From assembly GCA_040379385.1 (NCBI GenBank), contig JBEILF010000001.1, forward strand, positions 1 through 49,393: 49,393 bases of DNA, written 5' to 3'. Below the pieces are notes generated by a model that saw only the letters and a list, made by a program, of their open reading frames with translations, was not told the origin of the DNA and ran no database searches. The position numbers and the translations under genes were made by a program. Source of the stretch: Burkholderiales bacterium (GTDB taxonomy: Bacteria; Pseudomonadota; Gammaproteobacteria; Burkholderiales; Usitatibacteraceae). The number at the start of each line of letters is the position of its first letter. The first letter of the stretch is position 1. Below, piece by piece: positions 32,322 through 40,634 of the stretch.

Positions 32322-33015
32322 ATGGCCAATCGCGCTGCCACTCAATTTGGAGCTAAAGCCGAGCGCTACAACGAATGGCGCATCAATCTTGCCCAGGCGG
32401 TGCGCGAATACCATGATTGGCTCGAATGCACGAATCAGCTAACCTGAACATTTCATGGGAGCGCGTTCGAAAGTGGGCGAGTAGGTTAACAGGCGAGCGA
32501 TTTTTTGCCTGACCGAGCACAGCATAGCGGGCTATGCTTCGGCAGGAAGGTGCAAAATCGCCGTGCAATCGCCCGCCAGCGAACCTGCAGCCCGCATCCA
32601 CCGCAAGAGAGAAACGCGCCTAATTGGTTTGCCAATCGCCCACAGGCAACCTCCTTCTAAGCAATGGGCGACCCATGAAATATTCAGGCTAGACGTACAG
32701 CAATCAATCCGCCTCTACGGTTTGCTCGACATCCTGAATTCAGTAAAGTTGCTGTTGGCATTCTTGGCCGAATCCTCTCGCAGCAAATCCGAACTCATCA
32801 ATGCGTTGTTCTTTTCGAGTCTTTGGGAGCGGCTGCAGCCGTCGGATGTTGGACGAACGACCATGTGTCCGACCAAGATTTTTCACGATACCAACGAAGA
32901 GCCTTACCTGAAATTGCTTTCGGCGGAGGCAAGATAGCGTGACGAGTCAATTTCGCAGTAAAAGAACATGCCGGTTGAATGGTCGAAAGTCCGGCTCGAT
33001 GTCCATTTGTAATAA
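32322..33015 (+). pseudogene. bacterial dynamin-like GTPase, decayed: element insertion, in-frame stops and 3' truncation
   Basis: The N-terminal 40 codons (…YNEWRINLAQAVREYHDWLECTNQL) resume after the element as DVQQSIRLYGLLD…LAFLAESSRSKSELINALFF…LQPSDVGRTTMCPT…PYLKLL. The same frame then contains TAG, TAA and TAATAA stops. The 3' limit is uncertain. Confidence 0.7.
32439..32692 (+). mobile_element. ~250-bp inverted-repeat (MITE-like) element, copy B, inserted in a CDS
   Basis: The 15-nt TIRs CCTGAACATTTCATG and CATGAAATATTCAGG match at 14 of 15 positions. They are flanked by CTAA on the left and CTAG on the right. An internal hairpin is AGCATAG-cggg-CTATGCT. Confidence 0.75.
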
Positions 33016-33529
33016 AAGCCTACAGCCAATTAGCGACTCCTGGTCCGCGCCTGGCCTGACGCGCGCCAATACAGAGCGTTGGTTGACAGCTGTGCCGCTT
33101 CCGCTCGAGACGCAGATTTGCGATCACAAAGCACAGCTTGGGGCGCGGATAGCATCGCTACAAAAAATCAATGATCAAGGCGGTCGCATCAACGAAGAAG
33201 TCGCCAACGTGCGGGCCCACCTAGTTGACGTAGAGTATCGAAGTCAGCCGATCTCTGGGCTCATTCGCAAAGTGCGCGAAGTTGGCCCATCGGTAGATGA
33301 GCGGGCCGCTGGGGTAGGAAAAGGAGATGCTTTTGAGGTTTCCGCGCTTGCGAAAACGACACCTATCGAATCCGCTGTGTCTTTTTCCGATGGAACACAA
33401 CCAGTGCCTGTTGTCGTCGCATCTGACGCTGCGACAACCGAGACTCGCCCGACTGTCGCCGCAGCATTTGACAAAACAGTACGCATTGACAACAGGTCAT
33501 CTAACCAAGCGTGACGGCAGTAGTATGAT

Positions 33530-35008
33530 CTATACCAAGATGACGTCGTACTGCTCTTGTGTATAGGACGATTCGACGGATAGCGAAATGGGCTTGGCGA
33601 TAAAGTCCTCAAGCATCGCCATCGATTGAGATTCTTCATCCAGGAAGCGGTCGATCACCGACTGTGAGGCTAGTATCCGGTATTCGCGAGCATCAAAACT
33701 TTTTGCAGAGCGCATCACTTCGCGCAAGATTTCGTAACACACCGTTTGTGCACTTTTTATCTCACCGCGTCCGCCGCAAGTCTGGCAGCTCTCGCACAAC
33801 ACGTGAGCAAGGCTTTCACGAGTGCGTTTGCGCGTCATTTCAACCAGTCCAAGCTGTGAAAAACCATTGATTGTCCAGCGTGTTCGGTCGCGCTGCATCG
33901 ACTTGTTAAACTCGGCGAGCACCGCTTGTTTGTGCTCGTCATTATCCATGTCAATGAAATCGACGATGATGATGCCCCCAAGATTGCGCAATCGTAGCTG
34001 ACGCGCGATTGTTTGTGCGGCCTCCAGATTGGTTTTAAAGACGGTGTCGTCAAAGGAGCGCCCTGAAACGAAGCCGCCGGTATTGACGTCGACCGTGGTC
34101 AGCGCCTCGGTCTGATCGACGATGACGTATCCACCGGACTTCAGATCTACCCGTCGATGCAACGCCTTGTCGATTTCATCTTCCGCACCAAATAATTCAA
34201 ACAGTGGCCGCTCACCGGCGTACTGCTCAAGTACGGACACCGAACTGCGCGTGTAATGCTCGGCGAAGTCACGCATCTTGTTGTAGGTCTCACGCGAGTC
34301 GACAATGATCCGCTCGGTATCGGCGGTGACCAGGTCACGCATTACCCGATGGCTTAAATCGAGGTCTTGGTAGAGCAAGGTCTGCGGTGCAGCAGTAAGT
34401 GAAGTTTCTGTGATCCCCCGCCACAGCTTGATGAGGTACGCAATGTCTGCGTTGAGCTCTTCCTCGGATGCAGTTTCTGCCACCGTCCGCACAATGAAGC
34501 CGCCTGCTTCGCCCGGCGGCATCAGGGCATGCACCTTTTCCCGCAACTGCTCGCGCTCGGCTTCGTCTTCGATACGTTGCGAGATACCGATATGATGATC
34601 ACCGGGTAAATACACCAGCAGTCTCCCGGCAATGGAAATCTGTGTGGAAAGGCGTGCACCTTTGGAACCGATAGGGTCCTTGATCACCTGTACGACCAAG
34701 GTCTGACCCTCGTGGAGAAGTTTTTCAATCGGCTTATGCTCCACCGTTTTCTGTTCACCTGGTTTCTCGCCATTTTTCTGTCCAGCCCAGATATCAACGA
34801 CGTGCAGAAACGCGGCGCGTGACAGGCCAATATCAATGAAGGCGGACTGCATGCCAGGCAATACCCGGCTCACTCGTCCGAGGTAAATATTGCCAACCAG
34901 TCCGCGATTCGAGGAGCGTTCGATGTGAAGCTCCTGCACCGCACCTTGCTCCAAGATGGCAACACGGGTTTCCTGCGGCGTTACATTAATAAGAATCTGT
35001 TCGTTCAA
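33530..35008 (-). CDS. rng: ribonuclease G
   Basis: S1 domain and RNase E/G catalytic core (GGIIIVDFIDM). Confidence 0.92.
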   Translation of the reverse strand: MNEQILINVTPQETRVAILEQGAVQELHIERSSNRGLVGNIYLGRVSRVLPGMQSAFIDIGLSRAAFLHVVDIWAGQKNGEKPGEQKTVEHKPIEKLLHEGQTLVVQVIKDPIGSKGARLSTQISIAGRLLVYLPGDHHIGISQRIEDEAEREQLREKVHALMPPGEAGGFIVRTVAETASEEELNADIAYLIKLWRGITETSLTAAPQTLLYQDLDLSHRVMRDLVTADTERIIVDSRETYNKMRDFAEHYTRSSVSVLEQYAGERPLFELFGAEDEIDKALHRRVDLKSGGYVIVDQTEALTTVDVNTGGFVSGRSFDDTVFKTNLEAAQTIARQLRLRNLGGIIIVDFIDMDNDEHKQAVLAEFNKSMQRDRTRWTINGFSQLGLVEMTRKRTRESLAHVLCESCQTCGGRGEIKSAQTVCYEILREVMRSAKSFDAREYRILASQSVIDRFLDEESQSMAMLEDFIAKPISLSVESSYTQEQYDVILV

Positions 35009-35037
35009 TTCAAGCGCTCTATGAGTGATGCCAGATT

Positions 35038-35664
35038 TTATATTTGAATACCGGCTTGTCTAAGCAGTGCGGCGGTCTCGAAGAGCGGTAGCCCGACAAC
35101 ACCGGAATAACTGCCCGATAACTTGACAATGAATTTTGCGGCCCGTCCCTGCACAGCATAGGCACCCGCCTTGTCCATTGGCTCGCCAGTATTGACGTAT
35201 AAACGTATTTCATCTTCGCTTAACGTCGAGAACGTGACAAAACTCGTGTTGAGACACTTATACGTTTCTTCTGCTGTGGTCAATATGACCGCTGTCAGAA
35301 CCTGGTGGGTTTCGCCGGCGAGGCGTTTCAGCATCGACACGGCGTCGTCGCGGTCGACCGGTTTTCCCAAGATGTCACCTTCAAATGACACCGTCGTGTC
35401 GGCCGTCAAAATGGGGCGGGGTTGTAACTTGCGTTCATGCATCACCTTGACTGCCATGTCTGCCTTAAGCCTGACAACACGCTCCACATAGGCGTGGGGC
35501 GTTTCATACGGGCGCGGCGATTCGTCAATGTCAAGCCGCGGCGGGAGTACGCGCAATAACAGCAAATCATGTTGCACATCAATCTGCTTGAGCAACTCGC
35601 GCCTCCGCGGACTGTTTGAGGCCAGGTAGATGATGTTGGTGGGCTGCTGCATGGTATTGGTCAT
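35038..35664 (-). CDS. maf: Maf-like nucleoside triphosphate pyrophosphatase
   Basis: LASNSPRRRELL and GAYAVQG motifs. Confidence 0.88.
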   Translation of the reverse strand: MTNTMQQPTNIIYLASNSPRRRELLKQIDVQHDLLLLRVLPPRLDIDESPRPYETPHAYVERVVRLKADMAVKVMHERKLQPRPILTADTTVSFEGDILGKPVDRDDAVSMLKRLAGETHQVLTAVILTTAEETYKCLNTSFVTFSTLSEDEIRLYVNTGEPMDKAGAYAVQGRAAKFIVKLSGSYSGVVGLPLFETAALLRQAGIQI

Positions 35665-35685
35665 CCGCAGTGCGGTCGCGTTCTG

Positions 35686-36153
35686 TTATTCGCGATGATA
35701 CGGATGATTATGCAGCAGCGACCAAGCGCGGTATACCTGCTCAGCCAACATCAAGCGCACCATTACATGCGGCAGTACACAACCAGAAAGTGCGATTTTG
35801 TGTAGCGCGCTTTGTTTGATCTCCACCGCGAGCCCATCGGCGCTGCCGATGATGAAGCATGGGCTGATGCCATTTTGCATCCAATCACCCATCCAGCGCG
35901 ACAGCATCGGTGTGGTGAGGGGTTTGCCTTTTTCGTCACACACGATTGGCGTGGCACCTTTCGGCATGGCGGCGCGGATTCGTTCCGCCTCAAGCGCGAG
36001 CACCCGGTGAGTCGTCTTGCTGGTGCGGTTTTCCGGCTTCAACTCAATGATCTCGACGCGGGCCTCCGGCGGCATCCGTTTGGTGTATTCCTCGATACCA
36101 GCGTTTACCCAAGGCGGCGGCTTATGTCCAAGCGCAAGAATATAAATCTTCAC
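35686..36153 (-). CDS. rlmH: 23S rRNA (pseudouridine1915-N3)-methyltransferase
   Basis: SPOUT fold with FIIGSADGL and the C-terminal HPYHRE. The start is GTG at 36153 ((V)KIYILALG). Confidence 0.9.
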   Translation of the reverse strand: MKIYILALGHKPPPWVNAGIEEYTKRMPPEARVEIIELKPENRTSKTTHRVLALEAERIRAAMPKGATPIVCDEKGKPLTTPMLSRWMGDWMQNGISPCFIIGSADGLAVEIKQSALHKIALSGCVLPHVMVRLMLAEQVYRAWSLLHNHPYHRE

Positions 36154-36269
36154 GATGGCCCCTTGAAGACAAAGCACCGATTTGCAAACATAAAACGCAA
36201 AACACTAAATAGGACGGCCTTTCCCAAGCGAAAATGGTTGGAGGCCCGCGCCGCTACTAGACCCAAAAA

Positions 36270-36947
36270 TCACGCATTTTTCTTTTTTGCCGCTTTGACA
36301 ACCGGTGTTTTGACCGTCGGCACTTTGGTCGCGACCTTCTTCACCGCAGCTGCTTTTACAGCGACCGATGCAGGTTTCTTCGCGGCCACTTTTCTTCTGA
36401 CAGTGTTGGCGACAGGCACCTTTGCCGCAACCGAAGATTTCGCAGATTGCCTCTTTTCCGCTACTTTCTCTACACCGGCCATCACTTTCTTCACCGCTGC
36501 TTTTTTTGCAACGGGTTTCTTTTTGTCGGCGAGTTTCTTCGGCTTAGCACCGGCTGGAGGTTTTGCAGCCTCGGCCATCTCACGCACTTGTCGCTTTGGC
36601 TTTGGAAACTCAAGCGTTCCGTCTAACCACAATTCTTCGAGCTTGTAATAGTCTCGAATCGCCGGCTGCATAATGTGGACAACAGCATCACCGCAGTCGA
36701 CTAACACCCACTCTCCGGATTCTTCACCCTCGGAGCCATAAACTGCGTAACCCGCCTCGCGCACTTTATCGATGACATTGCTAGCCAGCGCCCGCGTCTG
36801 TCGATTGGAGTCTGCGCTCGCAATGGCGACATAATCAGATACCGATGTGATGTTAGCCACGTTGATGACCTTGATGTCTTTCGCCTTGATGTCCTCAAGT
36901 GCGTCGATGATGATTTCAATAAGCGTAGGTTTGGTTTTTTTAGCCAA
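36270..36947 (-). CDS. rsfS: ribosomal silencing factor RsfS with a ~110-aa Lys/Ala-rich C-terminal tail
   Basis: RsfS core up to YYKLEELW (SDYVAIASADSNRQTRA, EWVLVDCGDAVVHIM), followed by AKPKKLADKKKPVAKKAAVKK...AAKKKNA. Confidence 0.85.
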   Translation of the reverse strand: MAKKTKPTLIEIIIDALEDIKAKDIKVINVANITSVSDYVAIASADSNRQTRALASNVIDKVREAGYAVYGSEGEESGEWVLVDCGDAVVHIMQPAIRDYYKLEELWLDGTLEFPKPKRQVREMAEAAKPPAGAKPKKLADKKKPVAKKAAVKKVMAGVEKVAEKRQSAKSSVAAKVPVANTVRRKVAAKKPASVAVKAAAVKKVATKVPTVKTPVVKAAKKKNA

Positions 36948-36961
36948 GACGAGTTGTCTCC

Positions 36962-37540
36962 TCAGAGATAGAGTTGGTGATGCTGAATATAGTCGTAAAC
37001 CGCAACCGGCACCAAAGCGCGCACGGATTCGCGAGATTCTCCTGCGGCCTGTAGCAACGCGCGAATCTTTGTGGAGGAAATGTCAGGCGGGGAACAGTCC
37101 ACAACTTCGTGTTGTACTGGCGTGCGCGGTAACGTGATTTCCTCACCGGCACGCCGAACAACCGCAAATCGAACCAGTTGGGACAACACGAAGGGCTCCT
37201 GCCACGTATCGAGTTTTGCGAATGCATCACCGCCGAGCAGCCAAACAAACTTTTCAGCGGGGAAGTCGCGCTTTAATTCACGTACCGTATCCACCGAATA
37301 CGTCGGACCACCGCGCGACACTTCGCGGTCGTCTACGGTGATGTTTGGTAACGCAAGTTTCAGCATTGCGATGCGATGGCGCGACGGCGCATACGGCATC
37401 CGCGCTTTTTGCCAGGCGTTGCCGACTGGGATAACCAATGTTCGCGTCGGCTGTAGCTGGGTAATTGCTGCTTCCAACATTGCGACATGACCATTGTGAA
37501 CAGGGTCAAAACTGCCGCCAAAAATCAAGGTTTCATTCAT
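36962..37540 (-). CDS. nadD: nicotinate-nucleotide adenylyltransferase
   Basis: GGSFDPVHNGH motif. The start is at MNETLIF (37540), and the upstream extension in the track is unlikely. Confidence 0.88.
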   Translation of the reverse strand: MNETLIFGGSFDPVHNGHVAMLEAAITQLQPTRTLVIPVGNAWQKARMPYAPSRHRIAMLKLALPNITVDDREVSRGGPTYSVDTVRELKRDFPAEKFVWLLGGDAFAKLDTWQEPFVLSQLVRFAVVRRAGEEITLPRTPVQHEVVDCSPPDISSTKIRALLQAAGESRESVRALVPVAVYDYIQHHQLYL

Positions 37541-37820
37541 TGTAGCGTTGCGTCTGGTTAAAACGGCCCGCACGTTTAACGAACGGATAAGCCCTACTTG
37601 AGCGCACGATATTCCGCAGCGTGCGCAACGATACCTGTGCAGTCGCGGCAACCAGAAACCTCCAATGGCTAAGCTCGTTTGCCGTTAACTCGACACGCCC
37701 CCAAACCTGGCGTGGCCGATTGACCCATAAGTGTCCGCCATCGGCGTAATCGACCAACGGCAAAGTGGGTAATGTCAAGGTGCCACCGCTGCATGTCAGA
37801 AGAAGCTGCGGGGTTGGCAT
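37533..37820 (-). CDS. hypothetical 95-aa protein wedged between proA and nadD
   Basis: Its ATG shares a base with the proA TGA (TGATG), and its stop lies 8 nt inside nadD. I did not recognise a family. Confidence 0.4.
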   Translation of the reverse strand: MPTPQLLLTCSGGTLTLPTLPLVDYADGGHLWVNRPRQVWGRVELTANELSHWRFLVAATAQVSLRTLRNIVRSSRAYPFVKRAGRFNQTQRYNE

Positions 37821-39118
37821 CAGGTGCGGACCTCGCCGTGTCCTCTGACAATCCACTTCAACGATGTCAGCCCCTCAAGACCAACCGGACCACGCGCGTG
37901 TAACTTGTCAGTGGAAATGCCGATTTCCGCCCCCAACCCATACTCAAAACCATCTGCAAATCGTGTTGAGGCGTTGACCATCACCGACGCCGAGTCCACT
38001 TCCCGTAGGAAGCGCTCCGCACGCTCGTCGTCTTGCGTAATGATTGCGTCCGTGTGGGCTGATCCGTACTGCGCAATGTGATCCATCGCCGCGTTCAGGC
38101 CGTCAACAATTCGTATTGCAATAATCGGTGCTAAGTACTCCGAGTACCAGTCTTGTTCCGTTGCCAGTGTGGAGCTGATGCCGATACTTGCAAGAATTGC
38201 CTTGGTCGCTGGGCAGACCCGCATTTCGACAGATTTTGCGGCGTAGATTCGCGCAATCGCCGGCAGAAAAGCCCCTGCAATTTGGCGGTCAACCAGCAAT
38301 GTTTCCATGGTGTTGCAGGGAGAATAACGCTGCGTTTTGGCGTTGTCGGCGATGCGTGTTGCCATGTCCAGATTTGCCGCACCATCCACATAAACGTGGC
38401 AGACACCATCCAAATGTTTGATCACGGGGATCTTTGCATCCGCCGCGATTCGCGATGTCAGGCTCTTGCCGCCGCGGGGAATCAACACATCGATCACACC
38501 GCGCATATTTAGCATCTCGCCAACCGCCGCTCTGTCGGTTGTGGTCACCAGCTGAATTGCGGTGTTTGGCAACCCCGCTGCCTCTAGACCAATCAACATT
38601 GCAGCGTGAATCGCACGGTTGGAGTGGATGGCTTCGGAGCCGCCGCGCAAAATACAGGCGTTGCCACTTTTCAGGCACAACGCGGCAGCGTCCGCCGTGA
38701 CGTTCGGCCGCGATTCATAGATCATGCCAATCACACCGAGCGGCACCCGCATATGGCCGACGTCTATACCGGAAGGACGGCGCACGGTGGCGGTCATTTC
38801 ACCTATGGGATCGGGTAACGATGCGACTTGGCGAAGGCCCACGGCCATGGCATCAATGGACTGTGGAGAAAGCACCAACCGATCAACAAAGGCGGCATCA
38901 TGGCCATTTCGGCGAGCTTCGCTGACATCAATCGCATTGGCTACCATGATCTGCGTTTGCTGGGCGAGAATGGTGTCGGCAGCTGCATTCAGAGCCATGT
39001 TCTTGGCCGCAGCCGAGGCGCACGCGATCACCCGCGCGGCGGCTTTTGCCTGTGTACCAACCTGGCGCATATAGCTGACAACGTCAGCAGTGGATTCGGC
39101 GGTCGAAACACTGTTCAT
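37820..39118 (-). CDS. proA: gamma-glutamyl phosphate reductase
   Basis: Aldehyde dehydrogenase fold with the catalytic-Cys context [13 protein letters not shown]. Confidence 0.92.
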   Translation of the reverse strand: MNSVSTAESTADVVSYMRQVGTQAKAAARVIACASAAAKNMALNAAADTILAQQTQIMVANAIDVSEARRNGHDAAFVDRLVLSPQSIDAMAVGLRQVASLPDPIGEMTATVRRPSGIDVGHMRVPLGVIGMIYESRPNVTADAAALCLKSGNACILRGGSEAIHSNRAIHAAMLIGLEAAGLPNTAIQLVTTTDRAAVGEMLNMRGVIDVLIPRGGKSLTSRIAADAKIPVIKHLDGVCHVYVDGAANLDMATRIADNAKTQRYSPCNTMETLLVDRQIAGAFLPAIARIYAAKSVEMRVCPATKAILASIGISSTLATEQDWYSEYLAPIIAIRIVDGLNAAMDHIAQYGSAHTDAIITQDDERAERFLREVDSASVMVNASTRFADGFEYGLGAEIGISTDKLHARGPVGLEGLTSLKWIVRGHGEVRT

Positions 39119-39130
39119 TTTCTGACAAGC

Positions 39131-40135
39131 TTAGTTCTGCGGCATATGAATTGGCAGCCGCGCGCCAGCCAAACCACAGCAAAACTGTAGCAACGCATCC
39201 CATACATCATGTTGATTCACGCCTTTGATCATGCGGTCAATAAGGGCGGCTTGCAGATTGAGCCGCACCAAACTTCCTGCGGTATGTTTGCGAGCGAGTT
39301 TCTCGATTTCGCGCGCTTTGGAGGGAAACGGCTGGCGTCCGGCCTTGGTCACACCCAGTATACGCAGCAACAGGCGCAGCTCACTGGCCAGCATCCACAA
39401 AATCAGCGGGGGCGGTTCACCCTCGGCTTTCAGGCCGTCGAGCATTTTTGCGATGCGCGACGCATCGCCGGCGTGAATTGCCGCCACCAAGGTTGCGGTC
39501 GAGTAGCGGGAGACATTGGCGATGCTGTCTTGCATCATCGCCAGCGAGACTTCTCCGGGCGGATAAAGCAAGGTGAGCTTTTCGATTTCCTGTTTCGCCG
39601 CGAGTAGGTTGCCCTCAACGCGGTCAGCGAGGAAGTCCAATGCCTCGTTTGACGCGGATAAATTCGCCCGTTTCAGGCGACCGGCCAGCCAGCGTGGAAG
39701 GGTTTCTCGATCTACCGGCTGCGCTTCAATCACCGTAGCGGCGGCTTCTAGCGCCACAAACCACTTGGTTTGTTTGCCCTGCCAGTCCATGTCGGGCAGC
39801 GATACCAGCGTCAGCGTGTCGTCCGGCAATCGCTTGCAGTAGTGTTCGATGGCGGCAGAACCCTCTTTGCCGGGTTTGCCCGTCGGCACTCGCAATTCAA
39901 TAAGGCGTTGCGTGGCAAACAGCGACAGCGCGCTACCGGCCGCGGCAAGTCTTGACCAATCGAAGCCGGATTCGGCGGTGAAGACTTCGCGCTCGACGTA
40001 CCCCTGTTGTTTGGCCAGCTCGCGCAAACTATCGCAGGCCTCCAATGCGCCGAGCGGATCTGCGCCGTAGACGACATAAAGCGGCTGCAAAGACTTAGGC
40101 GGTCGGTCGAGAAACTGTTCAGCGGTAAGGCGCAT
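39131..40135 (-). CDS. holA: DNA polymerase III subunit delta
   Basis: 334 aa with the N-terminal LQPLYVVYGADPL pattern, in the conserved lptE-holA position. Confidence 0.8.
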   Translation of the reverse strand: MRLTAEQFLDRPPKSLQPLYVVYGADPLGALEACDSLRELAKQQGYVEREVFTAESGFDWSRLAAAGSALSLFATQRLIELRVPTGKPGKEGSAAIEHYCKRLPDDTLTLVSLPDMDWQGKQTKWFVALEAAATVIEAQPVDRETLPRWLAGRLKRANLSASNEALDFLADRVEGNLLAAKQEIEKLTLLYPPGEVSLAMMQDSIANVSRYSTATLVAAIHAGDASRIAKMLDGLKAEGEPPPLILWMLASELRLLLRILGVTKAGRQPFPSKAREIEKLARKHTAGSLVRLNLQAALIDRMIKGVNQHDVWDALLQFCCGLAGARLPIHMPQN

Positions 40136-40634
40136 CGCGAACGACTAGGTCTTTTTTTACGGCGATCATGCGACGCAATATTTGTCCGGTCGCATCGCGC
40201 TCCATATCTTGAAAGAGCATGGCCTCTTCCTGTTGTTTGGCAATGACGCGCGTGTCGTCATAGGAGAAGGTTCGCTTAAGCAAAATTTCGCTCGTTGGGA
40301 TAATTACCTGACCTTTGGCATCAACAAATTGATAGGTCACCTTCATGCGTAGCTCGTATTCACGAACTCGCCCCGCACCCGACAGGGAGAGAATCTGCCG
40401 GTCGCGCCGTTCCTCAATAATCGTCAGCGCCGCTTCCGCATCCTTGGCGTTACCGACCACTTTGGTTTTAGAGTCGGCGAGGTCGCGCCGCACCAGACCT
40501 GCCACTACCGAGTTGCTGCGTGAGGTCACGTGAATAGTGTTGTAGGGCAATTCATAGGAACCACGCAGGGTGAAGCCGCACGCGCCAAGCAGTGAGGTTA
40601 GTACGACTGCGGCAAACGCTCTAGACGACGACAT
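40119..40634 (-). CDS. lptE: LPS-assembly lipoprotein LptE
   Basis: Lipobox LLGACGF. It overlaps both the leuS 3' end and the holA 5' end, which is the canonical arrangement. Confidence 0.78.
   Translation of the reverse strand: MSSSRAFAAVVLTSLLGACGFTLRGSYELPYNTIHVTSRSNSVVAGLVRRDLADSKTKVVGNAKDAEAALTIIEERRDRQILSLSGAGRVREYELRMKVTYQFVDAKGQVIIPTSEILLKRTFSYDDTRVIAKQQEEAMLFQDMERDATGQILRRMIAVKKDLVVRDAPYR

Noticed and set aside
32939-33514. 191-aa ORF (GTG start) downstream of the dynamin-like remnant
   Set aside because: It has no SD and no recognisable domain, and it lies in a region I interpret as pseudogene debris in a different frame. It could be real, but I cannot support it. A BLASTP hit to a conserved family would change this.
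35812-36648. 278-aa plus-strand ORF
   Set aside because: It runs antisense to rlmH and to the Lys/Ala tail of rsfS, and its low-complexity F/A/T-rich product mirrors the tail.
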